Assembly (NCBI GenBank): GCA_026770705.1
Contig: JANJGN010000035.1
Location: 6,448,001-6,512,000, forward strand
Origin: Isurus oxyrinchus
Lineage: Eukaryota
Reading direction: 5' to 3'
DNA: 64,000 bases
The notes beneath the pieces are model-generated. The model ran no database searches and had not been told where the DNA came from. It was given only the letters and a program-made list of their open reading frames with translations. The translations under genes were made by a program, and so were the position numbers. This document shows positions 25,761-38,100 of the stretch, in pieces. Each line of letters starts with the position of its first letter. The first letter of the stretch is position 1.

Positions 25761-26667
25761 TGTAGAGAAAATCAAAGATTCTAACCCAGACATTGGCAAT
25801 CCCATTGTATTCCGTCAATATGACCCAGCCAATGGTAAATGCTGAGCTGCTCAAAACCTAGAGGAACACCTGAAACAACAGTTATAATTCATTTAAGCAA
25901 TTTGTCTGTATAGACATGCAGGTTTTTAATTCAGTTATAATTAGGAGACTGAGTCTCATGAAGTTTCTATAATACCAAATTATACATTTATCAATGGAAG
26001 AAAGGTTGTACGCACATGCATATATCTACAAAATTGCCACTAAAATAGCTAAAAACATTCCCTAATTAACCTGTCTCGTATTCCCACCGACATTAAGGTA
26101 ACAGTAAAACTGCAAGGTTCAAACAGACCCCTGGCAAAGCACATCGCATTCAATACGAGTTTCTTTCAGCTCGGGGTTCTGGCAGACAGAGACTTAAAGT
26201 CTACTGGTTGAAGACTTTCGATCTTAGAACGTCTCTCCTTTTACTAAGAGTCTTCTCTTCATTTACAGATTTTCCTCTTTGAATGAAAATTCTCATTGTT
26301 CCACTAATTTCATGAGCTTGACCTCTTATAACAAAATACCGTTTTCAGAGCACGAGATGGATTAGTCTGTTTTGGAAAAAAAAACATGGTTTTGGTTAAC
26401 CTGGCTAGGTGGACTAGACCACACACTGTTTTGAATGGTCTATGTAACAATGCAAATTTCCCCCTTTGCACGTCAGTTTCTAATTCCCGATGTTTATTTA
26501 ATTAACATTGAAAACCTACTTCACATCTTTCCAACAAAACCTCTGGACAAGCTGGTTTTGATCAAATTAAGATACACACAGACACACATGTACACACAGA
26601 TACCTCCAAACTCCATTTTAAAATTATTTCCCATAACATATGAACATTATTATATCTTCCTGATACG
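25761..26667 (-). mobile_element. Probable solo LTR (~900 bp)
   Basis: Non-coding block starting TGTAG and ending ...TGATACG (near CA), set between SINE and CR1 debris. Resembles recalled fish Gypsy LTRs. No TSD resolved. Confidence 0.4.
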
Positions 26668-26699
26668 TTACTCAAATTTCAAAGCAACTCTTAGCAACA

Positions 26700-27975
26700 A
26701 ATCCCTGTTTCCTGTCTTTCAGCTAATTACAAACCCATGCCTTTCCAGCCTAGTACCTTACTCGGGCACAAACCTTGCTGGCAAGCTTGTTTTCTGTCAA
26801 CCAACAAACGCCTTATCAAAGTTCAAGAACACCACATCAAACAATTTACGTTTTGTCACCACACAGAGCAAAGCAAACAAAAAAAGTACTCAAGCGAGAA
26901 CTTTAAGGCCAAGTTAAGGACAAGTTATCATTGCAAAACAAACCCGTGCTGGCTTCATTTAAGAAATCGACATTTGCACAAGTGACTGTAAAACTTTACC
27001 AGAATTACCATTTCTAAAAGCTGTTCCATAACGGCTTGAACCGAATAACCTACCGCTCCATACATGCACCCCTTTTCGCGCATTCCTATGAATAAAGATC
27101 CATTTGCCAGTTCTATACCGCAACCCCTGAATGGAAGACAAATTATACAGCGTGCCTCCAAAATTCCCGCCCTCACTCCAGTATCCTATAATGCATGAAT
27201 CTCCTCAACTCATCAGAATTTATGATGCCCTTCTGGTCGCGCAAATCTGCCTAAAACGTTCTTTTTATCTTCTTGAGTCAATCAACTACATTGTCTTCCA
27301 CCATGACTTGAGCAACATCGTCTTCCTGGCTCGATACTAATGCAAGGCATTAGGTTAGTACATCTCCTTGATGAAAAGGGATACTAAGTATTAGTTCAGT
27401 ACATCAGACATTCTAGCTGCCTGCTTCATAAATGCACTTTTTAATCCATAACCCGTCTCTGCCTCTACCACGAGTTTAGAATGCCTGTGCGTATGGCAGA
27501 CGTCGGGTATATGGTTATTTTAGCTCCCAGTCTCTCCTCAAACTCTTTATGAGCAGCATTCGTTTCACTTTCCCTCTGAACTTTTAATTATCAGCCTGGT
27601 TCTCACTTGCATTCTCAACCTCACTCCCGTCAAAGGTCCGCTTTTCCTTTGTTTCCTTGTACTTTAGATTGCTTTTGTCATCCGAGGAGCTTTAGATTTT
27701 ATTGTGCTACATTTCTTCTTCACATGGATACACCCAAACGCTATCTGATTAATCTCCTCTTCAAAGGTTATCCATTGTTACATTAGAGAGTTGCATCACA
27801 AACCGCAATTCCAGAGCCATTCGCAGATCTTTCAATTGTTTGTTGCTAACCAGAAGCCATGAAAATATAATCTTTCTCTCGTAAATAGACTATCAGTAAA
27901 ACATGGTTCACTTGACTCATTTTGTTCCCAGAATGAGGTCAAACAATGCCTCATTCCTCTTTTTTTGGAAATTTA
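26700..27975 (-). mobile_element. Highly degraded CR1 ORF2 (endonuclease to RT region)
   Basis: Recalled CR1-like stretches (aaacccgtgctggct, tactaagta...ttcagtac, cccagaatgaggtcaaacaatgcctc). No intact ORF. Confidence 0.55.
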
Positions 27976-27982
27976 ATGATGC

Positions 27983-28310
27983 AGAAAATTGAATTTGTGT
28001 TTGAGAATGACATAGTCGAGCCCAATCAAAGTAACTGAAATTCGCAGATTGCAATGGTACCAAAGCCGGATGGATGACAAAGGCTCTGTACTGATTACCG
28101 GAAAGTTAACACAGCACCAAAGGCGGGTACATATCCTATTCCATGATTCCTGTTTTGAATCGAGTTTGTGGGACAGTCAGCGTTAATCGCAAAAAAAAAC
28201 TGTTAGGTGCATATGTCAGAAGAACAAAAGAGGCATCAGCTCTGGTGACGCCAGATGCTTTCAATCAATGAGAAGTAATGCCGTAGGAATGAAAAATGCA
28301 TCAACAATAC
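27983..28310 (+). mobile_element. Gypsy RT fragment at the array's left edge
   Basis: ENDIVEPNQSN*NSQIAMVPKPDG*QRLCTDYRKVN...YPIP and VMP*GMKNA correspond to Gypsy RT motifs (SP.V.VPK.DG..R.C.DYRK.N; MPFGMKNAP). Confidence 0.85.
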
Positions 28311-28359
28311 TTCATAAAATACTACTGAAAATATCAATTCAAGATAAATGTCATTTCAC

Positions 28360-28701
28360 TGAATTTGCGCATCCTTATGTCTGTGACTTGGCCTCCAGCC
28401 ATCTCAAAAGACACCTTGGTGCTCCTCTCAGTTCCTGCAATCATATTGTTTATTTCTTTGGTACTCCGATCACCCGAGTAAATTGATACCATTGTTTTAA
28501 CCAATTCCCCTCTTTGAGGTGACATTCTCCCATCGGATGGCTTCTGGGGATAATCACTTGTGTTATCACGCATGGTGTTTACCTCGTCCATTTTTTCACA
28601 AATAACAGCTTGCATAGCCGTGTCTGATGGCATTTTCCTTTTGCCAGGTCCCACATTCCAGTTGTCGGGCTTGGTGGCTCCACACGAATCAATTTTTTGA
28701 T
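28360..28701 (-). pseudogene. Array exon A copy 1 (342 nt, open, weak donor)
   Basis: ctttcag|AT CAA AAA ATT GAT TCG TGT...TTC A|gtgaaa. No stop. Confidence 0.6.
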
Positions 28702-30019
28702 CTGAAAGACATCAAATAATCAGCAGTGAAATTTGACCGATGAGCACTCATGTTACTGGCTGTAAGCCGGATGCGCTCATTTAAAAAAAAACTCTAACTG
28801 GCTCATAGATTTGGTGCCTTACAATTTTAATTATATTCCAGCATTAACAGCTCTCCACCATACTGCATTTTGGACAATAAACATGGCAAATAAACAAAAC
28901 GTTGCCTATGCAAAATGGAGAAGAAGCAACAAGCTAATTAAATTGTGTAAGAAATAAAAGATTTCGTTTTGTAAATAATGGATAATCGCTCAAGCAGTTC
29001 AAACAGAAGTTCGGAGCCCAATCTAAACAAATTGGTTCAGAAACCTGTTGACAGTCAGGACCCATAGAAGGGTGGGGAAGTTCATTTTTCAAAAAATGAA
29101 TTCGAATTCGAAAGCAATAATTGTGCTGAGAGCCTACGAAACCCCATGTCAATTGGGACAATCTTGCACGTGTGTCAGTGAGGAACATAATGTAAGCTTT
29201 AACAAATGAAATTCCAAAGATGGGGAAACTTGGAATGTCTAAATAAAACCAGGTTAATACAAAAGAACAAAAATATATTTTCCTTGTATGAACGCATTAT
29301 CTGATCTTTCTTTCTGGAATGACTTTCAGAAGCTGAAATATTGGATATTGCAAATGTTATTTAAACATGGTGGAATTAGTTCAATTTATCGGATGCATAA
29401 CTTGGTGTATATATTCAGTTATTCATTTATTTTACCCGAAGGTAGAAGCAATCAGAATACCTATGTAATTCTATCAGTTTCGGAACATGGACTTCAGGGA
29501 GGTTCTTAGCAAAATGGAGTTCGAGTTCAAAGTTGAAAAGGATATTTAAATAAATATGTTTAGTTGAGTTCTTTGGGCTATTCAAGACAGATGTTCTGAG
29601 TCCAGCTCTGTGCTGAAAAAAGCCATACATTTCCAACAGCCACCCCGTCTCAAATTCAGTTTTTTTTAATGAACTTCCGTTGTTTCCATAGCAGAGTGAA
29701 TTAGAATTAAAATTCGTGTGGTATATTTTTTTACTAAATTGACAACAGTTTTGCCTTGGGTGATATTACTATACTTTCAGGGTAAGGAATCCACAAGGGA
29801 GCTGTTGCCAACGAGTTTATTTGTGTGTTTTGACCAAGTGGATTTCTTTGGGTGCACATGTTTTGTAAGACTGTCATGCTCTGAAATTTTAATCTTGTGT
29901 GCATACGTTATTTTTTCTTGTTAATACATATTTTAACTATGAAACATTAAGACTGATTCTAGGACTCTGGGATTCCTTTAAAAAGTACAGATAAAGCGCG
30001 ATCAGTAGGAAATGTTTCC

Positions 30020-33000
30020 ACCTGGGATATGGTTTGCATGGCGAATAACATTGGATGCAGTCATGAAAAATTGCTGACTATTTGCCGGATATTACGTTTC
30101 GTGGATTGCTTTCCAGTATGTACATACAGCGGACATGAGTCCCAGGAGCATGCTGAACTCAGGAGATTTGTGTTGAGCGCTCTAAAAGTAGTTTGAAGGC
30201 AGTTGCTTTCTGGGAGTAGAATATGTGACTGTTGAAGTTATGAAAACTTTGCCAAAAACAAACCGGAGAAAATTAGCAGTTAAAGTGCAGTTAGTAATGA
30301 AAGCAAACACTAGTAAAGCTGGTATGGTAAAAAGTATTTGCCACCATTTAAAGAGACTAGAATTCCGTGTGCCCCAAATGAAGGTACAAAAAATTCAATT
30401 GCAAATGAATCATCTTGGCATACAAACAGAGAGGACAAGGCAAAAAGGTGAACTGAAGGAAAGAGTGAAGGAATGAAGGATGTAATGAATAGCATTGGGA
30501 GAAAAAGGAAGTAAAAAGAGAAATGTTGAAATACAACACAAGCAAGAAAGGTTAGGGACAAATTGAAATAATTAGAAATGCAAATAAATTAAAAAAATAA
30601 AATCTTCCATGAAAGAAAGGCTAGGAAGAAATAGAAAGACAAAGTGTGCAATAAATTAAAATTTGATAGCTTGAGTTTTGACATCAGAGGGGGAAGCAGC
30701 TCAGGCAGTAACCCATGGCTTGGTAAAAGTTTGGAACAAAGTAAGGCAAAAGGGGATAGATAATGTTTCGGATGGTGAATTTGATTCGTTTGACGAATTT
30801 GGTTCAACTATGGATCTTCAGTTAGTACCTCAGTTCAAAAAAGATGGAGTTGAAATATATTTGACCTCCTTTGAAAAGATAGCTAGGAAAGTGAATTAGC
30901 ACAGAAATGCTTGATCTTTACCTTTATAGTTTTGTCAGGTATAGCAATTAACGTGAAGCTGGCTTATGAGACCAGTAATCAGTAGACTATGAAGCAGTCA
31001 AAAAAGTCTAGCAAAATGTGCAGCCGTTTATCCTGGTTGAAGCTTAGGAGTGTAAGAAAGCGACATAACCAGGATTTTACAGAGTTTGAACCAATAATGC
31101 TGTAAGTTTCAATACATGTTTTGATGAAAGACTGGTTCAAAAAAAATCAAGGAAGTGCTTACTTAGCCGATAAATCTGATAGCTCAAACTACAGTTGAGT
31201 GCTGGATAAAGAGCATGTGGTGCTACGAGAGTGAATTGGGTGTATATGCAAATTAATGATGGTAAAAATGTTAGTAGTAAGGAGCCAGCTGAAGCAGTTC
31301 AGTCTGCTAAAGACGGAAATATAGAACCCATAGGTGGTGGAGGAAAAGTATATGTAATCATTTGAAAAAAGTTGGACATGCAAGGACAAACTATAGGAGG
31401 TTAAATGTGGAACACATTGCAGTGAAAGAAAATCAAAAGATTTCGACAAGTAAATGTTGTGTGGGCTCTGAGACGCAAGGGTAAGGCAGTCCAGAAACTT
31501 TTATAATATGAGAAGGAAAGAATCAGTTTCGGTAGAGAGGTGGGAATGCGTTCCCAACCTACCCAAGAAAGTTCAGAACAGCAAGTTACAAAGATGTTTA
31601 AAGATGGCATATACCATGGGAATGTAAATCCTTGTGTTACAGGAAGAGCAGGGAAGACCACTAAGACCTTAAAAATGCAGGGACTAACTATTCATTATTG
31701 TTACGGCATCGTGCCATTTCCTGTTCATGTTGGTTATTGTAGGTGAAAGTGTTAGTTATTGGTATACATGGTGAGGGTGACCAGGAACCGGGGTTGGGGG
31801 AGGTGTGGTGTTGGAGTATTGAAAGTCAAGGTCATTTCGATACATAAAGTAAATTAAAGAAAAACAAACAAGCGATGAGAAATCAGGAGATGTGAGTGCT
31901 GCATTAGTAGCGAAATTTCGCGTTACATGTGTTCAAATTATTATAAGAAATGTAATAGCTGGATCTCAAATACTGATTTTGATTGCTGAAATAAAGGTAC
32001 ATTAAAAATTCAATAAACAGAGGCTTTACAGAAATAGCATTCTGGGTTGATTCCAGATTGTGAGGTGACGAACTCATAGATACACATACTTAAACAGGAA
32101 GCGGAAAAGTATGAAATACAGTTCGAGGAGACTCATGATCATTTGGGCGGATCTACCTTTGAAAATATAAGTTAGTAGTAGACATTGGCGCAGATGAAGA
32201 TGAAACGTTAATTTCCTCAAAATAAGTGCAGTTACAGCAGCAAAATGCACGTTTAAAGCTATTATGACGGACAGTTTTTCTTCAGAAGCTAAAGTGATTT
32301 TGCTTCCAAGGTTTAATTATGGAAAAAAAAACAACGTATTTTTGAAGAAATGGAGACCACTTCATGTCACAGCAGTGGGCGATAGTGCTCAGAGTTTTGT
32401 AATATCTGTGAACCAGAATGTAATTTTAGGAGATGCCCATGAAATCTCAATAGAAGAAGATTTATGATTTGGGAAAATTCAAGCAAAGTTGCAACAAAAC
32501 AAATCTATTGAGCTCGATAATATAAAGATGTAGTTAAATTTTATCAAACATGTAAGACATGTCAAGTGATGTGAAGATCTCAAACAGTAATTAAAGCTGC
32601 GCCTTTGATTCCAATTCTAGCAATTAAGCAAGCTTTTATCAGGATCTTCGTTTATTCTGTGGGACCCTGCCATAAGTCCAAACATTGAAAAAACTATTTA
32701 ATGAAAATCATTGATGTGCCTGTGAGAATTCCAGAAGCAAACCCGTCCGGGAGAAATACAACAAAGTTGATTTTGGAGGAGAAGACCAAATTGTTTGCAT
32801 GTCCTGGTTAGGAAAATACATACAATCGGATAAGGGGTCAAATTTCATGTCATAGCTGGTCAGACGAGTAGTGAAAAGGCAGTCTAGAATAATGCAATTA
32901 AGATTATAAATCTATCATGGTGGATCAGAATGCTGGTTATAAAAGTCGCATTATACTCGGAGGACAATGAGCTGATGTGCATATTGAAGAAAACCACTTG

Positions 33001-33470
33001 TTTGTAATAGAGTGATTCGATTCTTGTTGCTTGCTATTAAGGGCTCCCCTAATATATCAACAGGGTTCTGGCCTTTGCAATTAACTGATGAACATGAAGC
33101 AAGAGGGCATTTCAAATTGATTCAGGAGAAATTAGTAAACCAATGGACTCGATTGCGGAGGGCAATTGAATGTGTGCTTGAGACTGACGAAATTGAGCCC
33201 AATCAAAGTAACTGAAATTCGCCCATTGCAATGTTACCAAAGCCGGTTGAATGACAAAAGCTATGTACTGATAACCGGAAAGTCAACGTAGTAACAAAGG
33301 CGGGTACATATCTTATTCCACAATTGATGTTTGAATGGAGCTTGTGGGGGAGGCAGCATTAATCACAAAAGTTGACATGCTGCGAGGACACTATTAATTG
33401 CACTTGTCAGAAGCGTCAAAAGTGATGAACGTGAAGTAATGCCGTAGGAATGAAAAATGAATCAAAAATA
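30020..33470 (+). mobile_element. Gmr1-like Gypsy remnant 1 (LTR end, gag, PR, IN, partial RT; ~630 bp deletion)
   Basis: gag LVPQFKKDGVEIYLTSFEKIA; integrase AHE, APLIPI, QSDKGSNFMS and FLLLAIKGSPN.STGF; RT motifs after IN. All frames broken. Confidence 0.85.
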
Positions 33471-33520
33471 ATTCATAAAATACTACTGGAAATATCAATT
33501 CAAGATAAACGTACGCTCAC

Positions 33521-33853
33521 CCAACATTCGCTTCCTTATGTCTGCAACTTGGCCTCCAGTCTTCTCAACACGCACAATGGTGCTACCCTCAGTTCCTGCC
33601 ATCATATAGTTTATTTCCTTGCCACTCAGATGACCTTAGAAAACGCATACCAAATTTTTAAACTGTCCTCCCCTTTGAGGTAACATTTTCCATTCGGATG
33701 GCTTCTGGGGATATTCACTCGTGTTATTAGGCATGGTGTTTACCTCGCCCCCTTTTTCACAAATAACATTTTGCTTTGCCGTTTCTGAGGGCATTATCCT
33801 GTTGTTCGGTCTCACATTCCAGTGCTCAGGCATGGTGGCTTCACTTGAATAAA
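33521..33853 (-). pseudogene. Array exon A copy 2 (333 nt; in-frame 9-nt 5' deletion; one TCA>TAA stop)
   Basis: cttttag|TT TAT TCA...TTG G|gtgagc. Stop at 33636-33638. Confidence 0.65.
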
Positions 33854-34572
33854 CTAAAAGATATCAAATGCTCAGCATTGAAATTCGACCGATTAGCACT
33901 CATGTTACCGGCTGACAGTAGTTTGGGCACATTGAAAAGAAACTCTAATAGCCTCATAGATCTGATGCCTTACAAATTTCATTATATTCCAGCATTAATA
34001 GCTCTTCACCATGCTGAATTTTGGACAATAATCAGGACAAATAAACGAAACTTTACCTATATAAAATCTGGAAAAGGAAACAGGTTAATTAAATCTTGTA
34101 AGAAATAAAGGATTCCGTTTTGTAAATAGTGAATAATCGCTTAATCAGTTCAAACCGAAGTACAGAACTCAATCTAACCAAAATGATTCAGAAACCTGTT
34201 GACAGTCATGGCCCATAGACGGGTGGGGGAGTTCATTTTTTTAAATAAATTCCAATTTGCTTGTGCTGAGAGCACACGAAACCCCATGTCAATTGGAACA
34301 AACTTGCACGTGTGTCACTCAGGAGCATAAAGTAAAAATTAACACATCAAATTCCAATGATGCATAAAACTGCAATGTCTAAATAAAACCAGTTTAATAG
34401 AAGAGAGCAAAAATATACTTTGCTTGCATGAACGCAATACCCGATCTTTGTTTTCTGGAAGGACTTTCAGAAGTTGAAATATTGGAAAATGTTAATGTTA
34501 TTTAAAGGTGGTGAAATTATTTCAATTAATCGGATGCTTAACTGGGTGTATATATTCAGTTATTTACTTTAC

Positions 34573-35114
34573 CCGAAGGTAGAAGCGGTCGGAATACCTA
34601 AATGATTCTATAAATTTGGGAACGTTGAGTTCAGGGAGGTTCTTAGAACAATGGAGTCCATATCATAGGGGAAGAGGATATTTAATGAAATATGTTTGGT
34701 TGAGCAGTTTTGGCTAGGCAAGAGAGTTGTCCTGAGACCAGCTCTGTGCTGAGGAAAGCCATGCATTTTTAGCAGCAACCCAGTCTCAACTTCACTTTGT
34801 TTCCGAACTTCTGTTGTTTCCATAGCAGAGTGAATTAGAAGTATAATTCGTGTGGTATATGTTTTGGTAAAGTGACAGCAGTTTTGCCTTGGGTGATATT
34901 AGTATGTTTTCATGCTAAGGAATCCATAAGGGAGCTGTTGCCCAGGTTACTTGTGTGTTTTGACCAAGCGGATTTTTTTGGGTGTACATGTGTGTGCCAC
35001 TGTCATGCTGTGTAATTTTAAACTTATGTGCATAATTTATTCTTTCTTGTTAATACATATTTTAACCCTGAAACCTTAAAACTGCTTCAAGAACTCTCAG
35101 ATTCGTATAAGTTC
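34573..35114 (-). pseudogene. Array exon B (representative copy; decayed, ~540 nt)
   Basis: Acceptor tttttctttattttgtaaatgaag|GA and donor CGG|gtaaag. Recurrent ORF METTEVRKQSE.ETG..LK.HGF.QHRAGLRT. Homologous donors at ~29436, 40652, 46718, 52495 and 58287. Stops and shifts in the copies translated. Confidence 0.45.
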
Positions 35115-35160
35115 CTTCATTTACAAAATAAAGAAAAAGAGCCATCAGTTAGAAATGTTT

Positions 35161-38100
35161 CCACCTGGGATATGGCTTGCACAGAGAAAAATATTGGCTG
35201 CCGTCATAAAAAAAATGTGGACTGTTTGCCGGATGTTACGTTTGGCTGATTGCTTTCCAGTTTGTGCATACAACGGACACTAGTGCCAGGAGCATGCTGA
35301 AATCAGGAGATTTGTGTTGAGCGCTCTAAAATAGTTTGACGGCAGTTGCTTTCTGGGAGTAGAATACTCACTGTTGACGTTTTGAAATCTTTGCCAAAAA
35401 GAAAGCGGAGGAAATTAGCAGGTAAAGTGCAGGTAGCAATGAAAGGAAACACTTGTAAGGCGAGTATTGTTAAAATTATTTGCCACCATTTAAAGAGACG
35501 AGAATTCTGTGTGCCCCAAATGAAGTTAGAATAAATTCAATTGCAAATGAAGCAGCTTGGCATACAAACACAGAGGAGAAGGCAAAAAGGTGAACTGAAG
35601 GAAAGGATGAAGTAATGGACGATGTCATGAACAGCATTGGAAGAAAAAGGAAAAAAAATAGAAATGTTTAAATACAACACATGTAAGACAGATGGAGTTA
35701 AAACAGGTTTGGGACAAATTGAAATAAACAGCAATGCAAATAAATTTTGAAAAATATCTTCAATGAAGAAAGTGTAGGAAGAAATGGAAAGACAAAATGT
35801 GCAATAAATTAAAATATGTTAGCTTGAGTTTTGACATCAGAGGGGGAAGGAACATAGGCAGTAACCCCTGGCTTGGTAAAAGATTGGAACAAAGTAAGGC
35901 AAAAGGGGATAGATAATGAATTTAATTCGTTTGAGGAATTTGGTTCAACTAAAGATCTTTGTTAGCACCTCAGTTCAAAAAAGGAGTTGAAATATACTTG
36001 ACCACCTTTGAAAAGATAGCTAGGAAAGTGAATTCGCACTGAAATGCTTGATCTTTACTGTTATAGATAGTTTTGTCAGGTATAGCAATTAATGCGAAGC
36101 TAGTTTATGACAGGAACCATCAGCAGACTACGAAGCTGTCAAAAAAGTCATGCCAAATGCGTAGCTGGTAATCCTGGTTGAAGCTTAGGAGTGTAAGAAA
36201 AGGACATATTCAGGAATTTACAGATTTTGAAACCAAAAATGTTGCAAGTTTCAATACATATTTAGATGAAAGACTGGTTCAAAAAAAAATCAAGGAAAAT
36301 GCTTACTTAGCCGATAGCTATGATAACTCAAATTACGGTTGAGTGCTGAATAAAGATCATGTGGTGCTCAGATAGTGAATTGGGTGTATATGAAAATTAA
36401 TGATGGTAAAAATGTTAGTAATAAGGAGCCAGCTGAAGAACGGCAGTCTGCTACAGACGGAAATCTGGAAACCATAGGTGGAAGTAGGGAAGTGTATGTG
36501 ACCTTCTGATAAATGTTGGACATGCAGGGACAAACTATTGGAGTTTAAATGTGGAACCCATTGCATTGACATAAACTCAGAATAGTTCGACAAGTAAAAG
36601 TTTTGTGGGCTCTGAGACGCAAGTGTAAGGCAGTCCAGAAGCTTTTAGAATGGTGAGGAAGAAAGAATCAGTTTTAGTAGAGAGGTGGGAATGCGCTCAA
36701 AACCTACCAAAGAATGTTCTGAAGAGCAAGTTACAAAGATGTTTAAAGATGGCATATGCCATGGGAATGTATATCCTTGTGATACAGGAAGTGTAGAGAA
36801 GATCATTAAGACCTTAAAAATTAGGCTTCTAACTATGCATTATTGTTATGGCATCGTGCCATTTGCTGTTCATGTTGGCTATTGTAGGAGAACGTGTTAG
36901 TTATTGGTATACATGGTGGGGGTGACCGGGGGCCAGGAAGGGAGTGGGAGTGGGGGTGGTGTGGGGGGGGGGGGGGGGGGTGGGGGGAGTGGTGCTGGCG
37001 GGTGGGAGGTGGGCGTGTGGGGTGATGAAATTCAAGGTCATTTCGATAGATAAAAGTAAATGAAAGGAAAAAAACAAACAAGCGATTTGAAATCAGGAGT
37101 GGTGACTCCTGCATTAGTAGAGAAATTTCCCATTGCATGTGTTCGAATTATTATAAGAAATGTAATAGCTTGATCACAAATATTGATTTTGATTACTGGA
37201 GTAAAGGTACATTAAAGATGCAATAAACAGGGGCGTTACGGAAATAGCATTCTGGGTTGATTCCAGATTGTGAGGTGACGAACTCATAAACACACAAAGT
37301 TAAACAGGAAGGGAAAGAGTATAAAATACAGTTCGAGGAGACTCATTATCATTTGGGCGGATCTATCTTTGAAAATATAATTCCGTAGCAGACGTTGGCG
37401 AGGATGAAGATGAATCGTTAAGTTCCTCAAAGTAAGTGCAGATACAGCAGCAGAGTGCACGTTTAAAGCCGTTATGACGGATGGTTTGTTTTCAGAAGCA
37501 AAAGCGGAATGCTTTCCTGGATTTAGTTACCATAAAAAAACAAAGTGTTAATGAAGAAATGGAGACCACTTCATGTCGCAGCAGTGGGAGATAGTGCATC
37601 AAATTATGATAACATCTGGGAACCAGAATAGAATTTTGGGAGCTGCTCATGAAAGCTCAACGGAAGAGCATTTATGATTTAGGAAAAATCAAGCAAAGAA
37701 GCAACAAAAATAATCTATTGACCTCGATGTAGTTAGTTTCTATCAAACATGTTAGATATGTAAAATGATATGAAGATCTCAAACATTAATTAAAGCTGCA
37801 CCTTTAACTCCAATTCTAGCAATTAAGGAAACTTTTATCAAGATCTTCGTTTATTGTTTAGGACCCTTCCATAAGTCTAAGCATTGAAATCACTATTTAA
37901 TAAAAATCATGGATGTGCCTAAGAGAATTCCAGATGCAAACCCTCCAGGGAGAGGCACAACAAAGTTGATTGTTGATAAGAAGACCAAATTGTTTGCATG
38001 ACATGGTTAGGAAAATAAATACAATCGGATAAGCGGTCGAATTTCATGTCATAGCTGGTTAGACGAGTAATGAAAAGACAATCCAGGAATAATGCAATTC

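Noticed and set aside
26435-26917. 160-aa ORF
   Set aside because: It spans an LTR-like/CR1 junction and has no recognisable domain.
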